NCBI GenBank assembly: GCA_963676105.1
Contig: OY781039.1
Coordinates: 810,001-842,000, forward strand
DNA: 32,000 bases
DNA from: Erysipelotrichaceae bacterium
GTDB taxonomy: Bacteria > Bacillota_I > Bacilli_A > Erysipelotrichales > Erysipelotrichaceae
Direction of reading: 5' to 3'
Shown here: positions 8,135-15,600 of the stretch, one piece after another
How positions within the stretch are numbered: position 1 is the stretch's first letter
Layout of the letters: each line of letters starts with the position of its first letter
Notes under the pieces: model-generated
The model's input: the letters and a program-made list of their open reading frames with translations, nothing else
What the model was told of the DNA's origin: nothing
Database searches by the model: none
Made by a program: the position numbers and the translations under genes

Positions 8135-8159
8135 AAAAAAGTCCAATCATGGATTGGAC
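8135..8159 (-). terminator. Intrinsic terminator after rubrerythrin
   Basis: The minus-strand RNA forms GUCCAAUC-CAU-GAUUGGAC (perfect 8-bp stem, 8141..8159) followed by UUUUUUAUU. Confidence 0.75.
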
Positions 8160-8167
8160 CTAAGCGA

Positions 8168-8659
8168 TTAAACCTTAATGAATTTGTCGCCAGCTAAATT
8201 ACAGATATCGCATTTTTCTGGACGAGATTTTTCGATCTTACCACATACTGGGCAGTAATAGTAGAATACTTCTTCTTCTGAATCTAAGTTTGCAAGTGCA
8301 TCTTTGTACATTTCTGCATGTGATACTTCAGCTAATTTTGCCCATCTGAATGCGACTTCAGCAGCTTTGTTTCCTTCAGCTTTTGCGATTTCTTCAAATT
8401 CTGGGTACATTTCGCTGAACTCATATGTTTCACCTTCAATACCAACTTGTAGGTTTTCAGCAGTTGATTTAACATGACCAGCTACTTCAAATTCTTTTAA
8501 TGCGTGAAGTGTTTCAGCTTCTGCAGCTAATTTAAATAATTTAGCAGCGTTCTTATAACCTTCAGCTTCAGCTTTGCGTGCAAACGCAGTATACTTACGA
8601 TTTGCTTGTGATTCACCAGCAAACGCAGCCATTAGACATTCATATGTTGTTTTACTCAT
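8168..8659 (-). CDS. rbr: Rubrerythrin
   Basis: Ferritin-like four-helix diiron part (GESQANRKY, EAETLHA, EGETYEF, SHAEMY) plus a C-terminal rubredoxin-type C-P-V-C-G ... C-D-I-C. TAGGAGG SD. Confidence 0.9.
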   Translation of the reverse strand: MSKTTYECLMAAFAGESQANRKYTAFARKAEAEGYKNAAKLFKLAAEAETLHALKEFEVAGHVKSTAENLQVGIEGETYEFSEMYPEFEEIAKAEGNKAAEVAFRWAKLAEVSHAEMYKDALANLDSEEEVFYYYCPVCGKIEKSRPEKCDICNLAGDKFIKV

Positions 8660-8683
8660 TTTTAATAAGCCTCCTAAACAATA

Positions 8684-8698
8684 TTATAATGATTCTAG
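8684..8698 (-). promoter_or_regulatory. PerR/Fur-type box candidate overlapping the rbr -10 element
   Basis: The minus strand reads CTAGAATCATTATAA. Against the remembered PerR consensus TTATAATNATTATAA it has 2 mismatches over the 14 specified positions. It overlaps the -10 TATAAT (8688..8683). Confidence 0.4.
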
Positions 8699-8802
8699 TG
8701 AATAATATCGACTGAAATTTTGTAAAATTTCGCTTTTTATCGTTGCATCCACCCCCTATGTGAGTCTTGTCACAAAGATTTAACCGTTTTTCGTATAAAC
8801 AT

Positions 8803-9975
8803 TTAATGATTTGCCTTTTTCTGTTTTATTTCGCGTTTCATATGATACATTCTTTCGTCAGCCATTTTCTCTAAGGTTTCAAGATCAAAGTCATTGATTT
8901 CTTCAATGGAAGCAATCCCAAAGGAAAAATCACCTATGAAATGTTCATGTTGAAAGAAATTGATAATCTCATATTTCGCTTCCATCAATGAACGATGTAG
9001 TTGATCATAATTTTCTTCAACGACAACTAAGATGAACTCATCACCACCGACTCGATATAATCCTTCATGCTCATGCACTTTCGATTGAATAGAATTTACA
9101 GTTGACAAAATATATTCATCCCCTTTTTCATGTCCAAAAGTATCATTTACATATTTCAAATCATTTAAATCTAAAAAGACGATTTTAAGTTTTTTATCCT
9201 GATAACGGATTTTCGCATAAGTAGTAAAAAACTTATGATAAGCTAAACGATTTAAACAACCAGTTAAAACATCAAAATAGCCTTCTAAATGTGTTCCAAC
9301 ATCATTTTGTTCACTATCATTCAAAACATTTAATAGCTCTGAATACATCAGTGAATGACGCTTGAATTCTTCAGCTTCTTGATTTGAAAGTTTTAGTTCA
9401 CGATCCATTAAGTAATAAATTAAACTCCCCGCTAAAACACCAAGCCCTAAATACATATAAGCATTTATTGTCAACATCAATTTATCGGTTGAAATTTGAC
9501 CCAAATCAAACTGTTGATTTACTAGATTGATCCTTAAAACAATGACAATCACTGTATTTATCAAATGTAAAAGCAAATGCCACCAGCGATATGAAATAAA
9601 AATCCATAAGGATGTGATAAATGAAAACATACCCACAATGACCACATCATCAACATCCACTTGATTAAAATACGTGAAAAAAGATAAGAAAATAAAAGCG
9701 AAGTACAAAGGCACAACATGTGAACTATGACCTCTTTGAATTAAAAAATAATTAAAGATTAAAAAGAAGATAACGCCAATAAAAAAACCTTGATTTTCAG
9801 TTGTTTGGGCAGTGTGCAAAAATGAATTCATTAGAATAAACGAAGCCATCACTAAACATAGATTAATGACGATGATGTTATAAAATATCTTTCTTTGAAC
9901 AAACAGTGTTTCATGTTTAAATTGCTTTGTTGTAAACTCAAAATACTTTGAAAACCATTCAAATACGAAATTCAT
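8803..9975 (-). CDS. Membrane-anchored diguanylate cyclase (multi-TM N-terminal domain + GGDEF)
   Basis: About 190 aa with around 6 TM-length segments, a short coiled linker, then a GGDEF domain: DVLTGCLNR, DLNDLKYVNDTFGHEKGD, and active-site RVGGDEF. There is no RxxD I-site upstream of GGDEF. Confidence 0.85.
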   Translation of the reverse strand: MNFVFEWFSKYFEFTTKQFKHETLFVQRKIFYNIIVINLCLVMASFILMNSFLHTAQTTENQGFFIGVIFFLIFNYFLIQRGHSSHVVPLYFAFIFLSFFTYFNQVDVDDVVIVGMFSFITSLWIFISYRWWHLLLHLINTVIVIVLRINLVNQQFDLGQISTDKLMLTINAYMYLGLGVLAGSLIYYLMDRELKLSNQEAEEFKRHSLMYSELLNVLNDSEQNDVGTHLEGYFDVLTGCLNRLAYHKFFTTYAKIRYQDKKLKIVFLDLNDLKYVNDTFGHEKGDEYILSTVNSIQSKVHEHEGLYRVGGDEFILVVVEENYDQLHRSLMEAKYEIINFFQHEHFIGDFSFGIASIEEINDFDLETLEKMADERMYHMKREIKQKKANH

Positions 9976-10036
9976 AAATGTCCCCTATATTTACACTCAT
10001 ATATAAGTCAATTGTACACCTATAAACAAATCTCAT

Positions 10037-10061
10037 AAAAAAGCGATAATCTCTTATCGCT
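10037..10061 (-). terminator. Intrinsic terminator after the sensor diguanylate cyclase
   Basis: The minus-strand RNA forms AGCGAUAA-GAGA-UUAUCGCU (8-bp stem) followed by UUUUUAUGAG. It starts at the stop codon. Confidence 0.8.
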
Positions 10062-12367
10062 TAATCTTCATGTAGTACTACTTTATTTCGGCCTTGATGT
10101 TTCGCATCATAGAGCGCTTCATCTGCACGTTTTAAACTTGCCTCTAAATCATTAATACTCTTTAGTTGAGTTAAACCTATACTAATGGTTTGTGTACCCA
10201 CTTTAGAAAGCGGATGTTTCTCAATATTCCCTCTAATTTTTTCACAGACATCATGCGCATCATCAAGAACAGTATCCTTAAACACAATCACAAACTCTTC
10301 CCCTCCAACACGAACAATCGTATCAGTGTGACGAATTGACTCTTTAATAATATGAATCGTATGTTTAAGAAGTTCATCTCCAACCACATGTCCAAAAGTA
10401 TCATTAACTTTTTTGAAGTGATCTAGATCTAACATCGCAACACAATATTTTTCACCACGATTTGCTTTAAAGTCTTGAAGGAATCGTCGGTTATAAACAC
10501 CGGTTAATGGATCACGTGAACTGACTTCTTTAAGTTCTGCAAAGTCAGTTTCTTTCTTTATTAAATCACTCTGTAGTTGTGTGTTCTTATTTTTTTGTTC
10601 AATCAGTTCAGTAATATCTAAATTAGTTCCGATAATACGAATTGGATGTCCACTAGGATCAGTGATTAATCCACCACGAATCGCATTCCAAATATATTTG
10701 CCTGACTTTGTTTTAACACGTACTTCGAGGTTGACATTCTTCTTGCCACCTTCAACCATATCACTAATCATACCTTCAAGTTTAGCTTGATCTTCAGGAT
10801 GAACAATGGATACCCAAGCTAATAACGTTGCCTCTAATTCATGATCTTTATAACCTAAAATATCTTTCATCTTAGGTGAGAAATAAACTTCTGTTGTGCG
10901 AACATTATAATCCCATAAACCAGTTTCAGCACCTTCTAAAGCTAAATTAAAACGTTCTTCACTACGCACCAATGCTTTATTCGCATTAGATAAACGTTGA
11001 CCCATTTTAATGACTTGATCTTGCGTTTCATTAAATTCTTTAACATCGGTATTTGTCACTTGCACTTTATAATGTCCTTGACCAATTTCTTTAAAGATGG
11101 CGTTTAAAGCAGATAATGGAGTAGAAATAAATTCTGACATTGAGCGTGCTCTTTCAGCCATAAACAAGAAGAAGATAATATAGAAAACAACCATACCACC
11201 TAGAATAAAGTAACCAATTCTAAATAGCTCGTCTTCAATTGTATTAATTTGTCCAACGATGGATTCTGGTTCCAACATTAAGACCAACTTCCAATCTGTT
11301 TCTTCAATAGTTGACCAAGATAATGTATGTTCGTCACCGTGAACATTAGTTGTGATTATTCCTTCATCATTTGTTTTTATTTGCGCAACAGCACTTGTAT
11401 CTGGCATCGCAAGATAAAGATTAAACTCAGAAGGTTTATAAGTATCTTCTAAAACGGCTTCATCATAGGTATGATCGGTATATTCAGTTAAACCCCAATC
11501 TTCTTCACCTAATGCAGGTAAAGCTAAGATGGTTCCATCTTCACCCACCAACATCGCATAACCATGATATGGAACATTCATATTTAAAATTGATTGGGTA
11601 AAGGTCTTAACTGTGACGTCAATCCCTACAACTCCTTCTAGAAAATCGTTGCCAGTATAAACAGGCGCAATCGCAGAAGCCATCCAACCTTGGCCTGCAG
11701 GATCTAAATAGACATCTGTCCATTCAACCCCTTTATCAGGATTATGTTCTAAATCAGCTTCGTAATAAAAGTTATAATCAGGAATATTCATCGCAACAGG
11801 ATATTGATTAATCGTATCGAAGTATGGATAAATGATATTTAATGAATCAAAGGTATTGTAGTAAATTTGAGTTACTAATGGTTCAGTTTCTAGAAGATTG
11901 ATCATGTCATCTTCAATAACCATGAGTTGACCTAATTTAGCTTTTTCTTTTTCAGTGACATATACAGCCCCACTATAGAAAATCGCAACACCACCTTCAT
12001 CTGAATCAGATGTTGTATATAGTGCACCATAGTCTGTCATAGCTAAGCGTGATGATAAATCACTTGAAAGTGTTGCGCCAGATGTATGAGCTGCTTGTGT
12101 AAGTCTGGAATAATAAGCAGTATAGTTTGTAATGGATAAAAGTTTAGCTTGAATGGTATTTGCTTCAGAATTCGCAATGATTTGAATTTCTTCTGCTGAT
12201 TCTTCAGTGACATAATCCACCATTAAATCCGTTGAAAAAGATTGCGAAGAAAAGTAAATCGCAATAAAAACAATTTCAATGATAAAAAGTGGCACAACCG
12301 CTATGCGCCAAAAGGATCGCCATATCCACTGATTCAAAGTTAAAAGAGTTTGTTTATTCTTAGTCAT
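10061..12367 (-). CDS. Sensor diguanylate cyclase: TM / large extracytoplasmic (Cache-sized) domain / TM / HAMP-length linker / PAS / GGDEF
   Basis: Domain order along the protein:
- TM at aa about 20-40.
- An extracytoplasmic region of about 335 aa.
- TM at aa about 381-403.
- A PAS-like segment (ERFNLALEGAETGLWDYNV...HPED...IIGTNLDITE).
- A GGDEF domain with DPLTGVYNRR, DLDHFKKVNDTFGH and active-site GGEEF.

An RxxD I-site (RHTD) lies exactly 5 residues upstream of GGEEF. Confidence 0.9.
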   Translation of the reverse strand: MTKNKQTLLTLNQWIWRSFWRIAVVPLFIIEIVFIAIYFSSQSFSTDLMVDYVTEESAEEIQIIANSEANTIQAKLLSITNYTAYYSRLTQAAHTSGATLSSDLSSRLAMTDYGALYTTSDSDEGGVAIFYSGAVYVTEKEKAKLGQLMVIEDDMINLLETEPLVTQIYYNTFDSLNIIYPYFDTINQYPVAMNIPDYNFYYEADLEHNPDKGVEWTDVYLDPAGQGWMASAIAPVYTGNDFLEGVVGIDVTVKTFTQSILNMNVPYHGYAMLVGEDGTILALPALGEEDWGLTEYTDHTYDEAVLEDTYKPSEFNLYLAMPDTSAVAQIKTNDEGIITTNVHGDEHTLSWSTIEETDWKLVLMLEPESIVGQINTIEDELFRIGYFILGGMVVFYIIFFLFMAERARSMSEFISTPLSALNAIFKEIGQGHYKVQVTNTDVKEFNETQDQVIKMGQRLSNANKALVRSEERFNLALEGAETGLWDYNVRTTEVYFSPKMKDILGYKDHELEATLLAWVSIVHPEDQAKLEGMISDMVEGGKKNVNLEVRVKTKSGKYIWNAIRGGLITDPSGHPIRIIGTNLDITELIEQKNKNTQLQSDLIKKETDFAELKEVSSRDPLTGVYNRRFLQDFKANRGEKYCVAMLDLDHFKKVNDTFGHVVGDELLKHTIHIIKESIRHTDTIVRVGGEEFVIVFKDTVLDDAHDVCEKIRGNIEKHPLSKVGTQTISIGLTQLKSINDLEASLKRADEALYDAKHQGRNKVVLHED

Positions 12368-12574
12368 AAATATCTCGTTCTATGCTTATTATAAAGCGAT
12401 TTTTGATTAAATATGATACATATTTATATATTTTATGTGTTTTTGTGTTTAATTTTTAAAATATGGCCATTTTTAAATCTTAAAGTATATAAATTAAGTC
12501 AGTATGCTATAAAACACTATTTAATTTTACTCTACTTTTATGCATAATTGAGCGAATGCAAACAAGCGTATCAA

Positions 12575-13675
12575 TTATTTTTGTAGCTTTGCGACTTGTC
12601 CACGTAATTTTAAGCCCAAATATTCATCATGTTCACTAAAGTTTTTGAGATAAATATTCAGGTTTTCATAATCTAATGTTGTATCAATTAAAATCATTTC
12701 TAATTGTTGACGAACCATTTGCGCATTACGATTTCGTTTTTCATCATTGACTTCTTCTAAGACTAATAATGTATCCGCTAAGACATGTAAAACTTCATCT
12801 TTATCAAAGGGTTTAAAGGCATAATGATGTTTAGAAATCGGTGTCTCATCAATTTCATCAGCATTATTTAATGATTCTTTTAAAATTTCTTTCGCATGAC
12901 CAATCGCACAATCTTTTCCTAAACATGCATTACAGTAATGTTCACCCATGCAGATACTATCTAAATGATGAGACGCATGTTGATAATAGTTATAAAGTTT
13001 TTGAGAAGCTAATCTAAATTGAGATACCACCAACTGATGATGTTTATAAAGCTTAATCGCCATCGTACCAGCAGTAACTAAACCTAGACCTAAAATGATA
13101 AGTAATGGTATTAAATCCAATTGACTATAGAGTTTTTGAAATCCAAACAATAAAAAGATGCTTGATGCTAGATATTTAATCGCAAGTTCAGGAATCTTAT
13201 CACCTAGTTTTTTCCCAACGTAAATGCCTAGCGCGCCTGTCGCAATCATCCCTAAGACTGTACCCAAAAGAATAAAGGCTGGATAACTGGCTTCTGATGC
13301 GAGGGTGATGGCAGTTAATTGAGTCTTATCGCCTAATTCGCCAATGAAGAACGCAATAGAAACCGTAATAACTGGTCCAAATTGTTTTTTACTTGTTTCT
13401 TCATCTTCCTCGTCTTCAATCTTCAAGGTCCATAAACCAAAACCAACAAAAGCTATTCCGGCAATCATCTGCATTAAATCAAAATCAATGACAGTTGATA
13501 GAAGCGCACCTAAAATAACCGCTAAACCATGATTTAAAAAAGCACCGATTCCGATGCCTGTTAATACTTTTAATATGGGATATTGTGTCGCAAAAGCCAT
13601 GGCTAAAATTTGAGTCTTATCACCCATTTCTGCCACAAAGATTAAACTAAATGCTTTGACAATTTCCTGAATCAC
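12575..13675 (-). CDS. UPF0016 (GDT1/TMEM165/MneA-type) cation transporter fused to an extra TM helix and a Cys/His-rich C-terminal domain
   Basis: Two E-x-G-D-K-T motifs (AEMGDKTQ at aa 15-22, GELGDKTQ at aa 112-119) lie in a 3+3 TM arrangement split by the acidic loop EDEEDEE. After these come:
- A 7th hydrophobic helix (aa about 188-207).
- A soluble region of about 160 aa containing HASHH and C-x5-C-x2-C-x4-C (CMGEHYCNACLGKDC, nt 12908..12952).

GTG start with AGGA 7 nt upstream. Confidence 0.8.
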   Translation of the reverse strand: MIQEIVKAFSLIFVAEMGDKTQILAMAFATQYPILKVLTGIGIGAFLNHGLAVILGALLSTVIDFDLMQMIAGIAFVGFGLWTLKIEDEEDEETSKKQFGPVITVSIAFFIGELGDKTQLTAITLASEASYPAFILLGTVLGMIATGALGIYVGKKLGDKIPELAIKYLASSIFLLFGFQKLYSQLDLIPLLIILGLGLVTAGTMAIKLYKHHQLVVSQFRLASQKLYNYYQHASHHLDSICMGEHYCNACLGKDCAIGHAKEILKESLNNADEIDETPISKHHYAFKPFDKDEVLHVLADTLLVLEEVNDEKRNRNAQMVRQQLEMILIDTTLDYENLNIYLKNFSEHDEYLGLKLRGQVAKLQK

Positions 13676-13693
13676 TACATAATCCTAACACAA

Positions 13694-14044
13694 TTAGGCA
13701 ATAATTTGTCTCAACTCGATTTGTCCTTCACCCTCACCCATAGGATCAGGGCAATCACTAAACCATTTCATAGCTTCTTCTTTTGACTTTACTTCAATGA
13801 TAAAGAAACCTGCAATTTGCTCATTAATAAAACTATAGGGTCCATGAAAGATTTGTTTATTACCCTCTTTATCAAATTTATAACGAATCGATTCATCCGT
13901 CGGAACTAATCCATAAGCCGCTCTTTTAACACCTGCAGCTTCTAGTTTCTCATTATATTCATCCATTTGTTCTCTTAAAGGTAAACTGGGTCTTTGTGAA
14001 ACTTCAGAATGACGAGACGCCTTTACAATTATCATATATAACAT
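13694..14044 (-). CDS. YciI-like / DGPF-domain protein
   Basis: HGPYSFINEQIAGFFIIEVKSKEEAMKWFSDCP parallels the D-G-P-F-x-E-x-K-E-x-x-x-G-(F/Y)-x-x-I-E-x-x-x-x-x-E-A motif of the YCII/DGPF family. I move the start to ATG 14044 (MLYMIIVKA), which has GGAG upstream. Confidence 0.7.
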   Translation of the reverse strand: MLYMIIVKASRHSEVSQRPSLPLREQMDEYNEKLEAAGVKRAAYGLVPTDESIRYKFDKEGNKQIFHGPYSFINEQIAGFFIIEVKSKEEAMKWFSDCPDPMGEGEGQIELRQIIA

Positions 14045-14063
14045 TTTTACATCTCCATTTAAA

Positions 14064-15179
14064 TCAATAATCATTTTCCTTAACCAGTCTCACCAATGCG
14101 TCTACAACTTCTGTACTATAACGAGTTCCTTTGTGACTTATTAATTCATCTAATGCGACGTCCTTTTCCAAAGCTTTTCGATACGGACGATCTGAAGTCA
14201 TTGACTCATAAACATCCGCAACACTGACAATTTTTGCTTCACGCATAATATTTTCATTTGTTAATCCATAAGGATAACCACTGCCATCTAACCGCTCATG
14301 ATGTTGAAGTAATATATTGGCAATAGGTCTCATAATTGAACTTTCTTTTAAAATATCAAAACCTGCTTGAGTATGTGTTTTTATGAGTTCATATTCCATT
14401 TGAGACAATTGTGCGGGTTTTGACAATATTGAACTTGGTATACCAATCTTACCAATATCGTGAACTGACGCAGCTTGATATACACGATTACAGGTTTCAA
14501 TATCTAATCCCATGGCACAGGCGATATCTTTTGAAATCTTTGCGGTACGATTTTGATGACCTGAAGTATATAAGTCTTTTTGTTCAACCATTTTCGCAAT
14601 CGCAAGTAATGTAGACTCTAATGATTCAGATAATTGTTGAGCTTGTGTTTCAATATTTTCTTGATAAGATACATTGTCCATGGCTATGGCTGCCGTATCC
14701 GCTAACATCTGCATGATTTTAATTTCTTCTGAACTTGCTTGATGTTGATCTTTCCAATAACAGCCAATCGCACCAATTGGATCTTTTGTCTTAATTGGGA
14801 CCGTTACTAAACTATGTACAAAGGTTTTACGATACACATCAATGGGAACACGATTATCCTTATAAATATCTTCAATAACAGCTGGCTCTTTATGAATCAT
14901 CGCCCATCCACTGATACATATATCCATCGGAAAACGTTTTCCCTTCCATAAGGGTGAAATGGCATCTTCCTCTACGTAATAACATTGATCTTGATCCTTT
15001 AAGACAAAGGTTGCCCCTTGTGCACCTGTTAATTCTCTGGCCGCATGGCGAATAATATCCATAATAGTCTCTAAGTCACGGGCTGCGGATAATTCTTGAA
15101 CTGTTTTCAGCAAATGTTCAATACGTTTGTTGTAAATTGTTTTATTGTTTGTGTTGTTCCTAAACTCTTTTTCCTTCAT
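14064..15179 (-). CDS. GAF domain + HD-GYP c-di-GMP phosphodiesterase
   Basis: N-terminal GAF-like region (LETIMDIIRHAARELTGAQGATFVL ... IGAIGCYW), then HD-GYP hallmarks HDIGKIGIP and HHERLDGSGYPYGL. I move the start to ATG 15179 (MKEKEF), which has GGAGGTG 4 nt upstream. The track start is a TTG inside the SD. Confidence 0.9.
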   Translation of the reverse strand: MKEKEFRNNTNNKTIYNKRIEHLLKTVQELSAARDLETIMDIIRHAARELTGAQGATFVLKDQDQCYYVEEDAISPLWKGKRFPMDICISGWAMIHKEPAVIEDIYKDNRVPIDVYRKTFVHSLVTVPIKTKDPIGAIGCYWKDQHQASSEEIKIMQMLADTAAIAMDNVSYQENIETQAQQLSESLESTLLAIAKMVEQKDLYTSGHQNRTAKISKDIACAMGLDIETCNRVYQAASVHDIGKIGIPSSILSKPAQLSQMEYELIKTHTQAGFDILKESSIMRPIANILLQHHERLDGSGYPYGLTNENIMREAKIVSVADVYESMTSDRPYRKALEKDVALDELISHKGTRYSTEVVDALVRLVKENDY

Positions 15180-15202
15180 TAACACCTCCAAAACAAATCA
15201 AG

Positions 15203-15240
15203 ATTATATTTAATTTTAAATAAATGTAAAGACTTTTACA
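15203..15240 (-). promoter_or_regulatory. Promoter of the HD-GYP operon with a 6-4-6 palindrome on the -35 element
   Basis: On the minus strand: -35 TTTACA (15230..15225), a 16-nt spacer, then -10 TATAAT (15208..15203). The perfect dyad TGTAAA-gact-TTTACA occupies 15225..15240. Confidence 0.45.
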
Positions 15241-15359
15241 TCATCATTCCCTACATCCATCTTAACAAAGCACATCCACAATTCAAAATTATATAAACAT
15301 AAAAAAGCAAACATGTTCTCTTGCCTAGTTCTTTAAGTATAAATAGAGTTATTTTATAA

Positions 15360-15522
15360 TTAATATTTTCGAATAATCTTTTGCGCATAACAGATTAAGT
15401 CATTAAATTTTAAATGTTTACTGTAATAAAAACCTTGAACAATATCAAAGTGATTCTTAAGAAGACATCATTCACATAGATGATATTTTATTTTCATCAG
15501 TAAAAATAATAGCTTCATCACT
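15360..15522 (-). pseudogene. Probable relic of the 3' end of an EAL-domain (c-di-GMP phosphodiesterase) gene
   Basis: The minus frame ending at TAA 15362..15360 reads CLLKNHFDIVQGFYYSKHLKFNDLICYAQKIIRKY. The FDIVQGFYYSK segment matches the terminal EAL motif (G-C/V-D-x-x-Q-G-Y/F-x-F/Y-S-K/R-P). The frame is closed by TGA at 15470..15468. Another frame just upstream reads SDEAIIFTDENKISSM, at the spacing expected for the AEGVE strand, though only weakly similar. Nothing EAL-like lies further upstream. Confidence 0.35.
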
Positions 15523-15600
15523 AAGACTAAGCTAAATCAATGGTCGCATTTAGGTTTACATATTCTCTGAAGTTTTTGACATAAAGTTTTGTTTGTTTAT

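Noticed and set aside
8067-8150. 28-codon N-terminal extension of the pirin ORF
   Set aside because: The upstream ATG (8150..8148) lies in the loop of the rbr terminator hairpin (8141..8159). The internal ATG at 8066 has an AAAGGAAAG SD and gives a normal pirin N-terminus.
12455-12477. ATGGCCAT-centred palindrome upstream of the sensor diguanylate cyclase
   Set aside because: Only the 8-bp core (12463..12470) is perfect. The flanks pair at 5 of 8 positions, and the flanking sequence is A/T homopolymer-like. That is too weak to call an operator.
12368-12574. Possible riboswitch (c-di-GMP GEMM type, or yybP-ykoY Mn2+ type) in the long spacers 12368..12574 and 15180..15600
   Set aside because: Both spacers are extremely AT-rich. 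They lack the conserved GC-rich helices and motifs I remember for these RNAs, and the UPF0016 gene has only an 18-nt upstream gap. A covariance-model scan (Rfam/Infernal) would be the decisive test.
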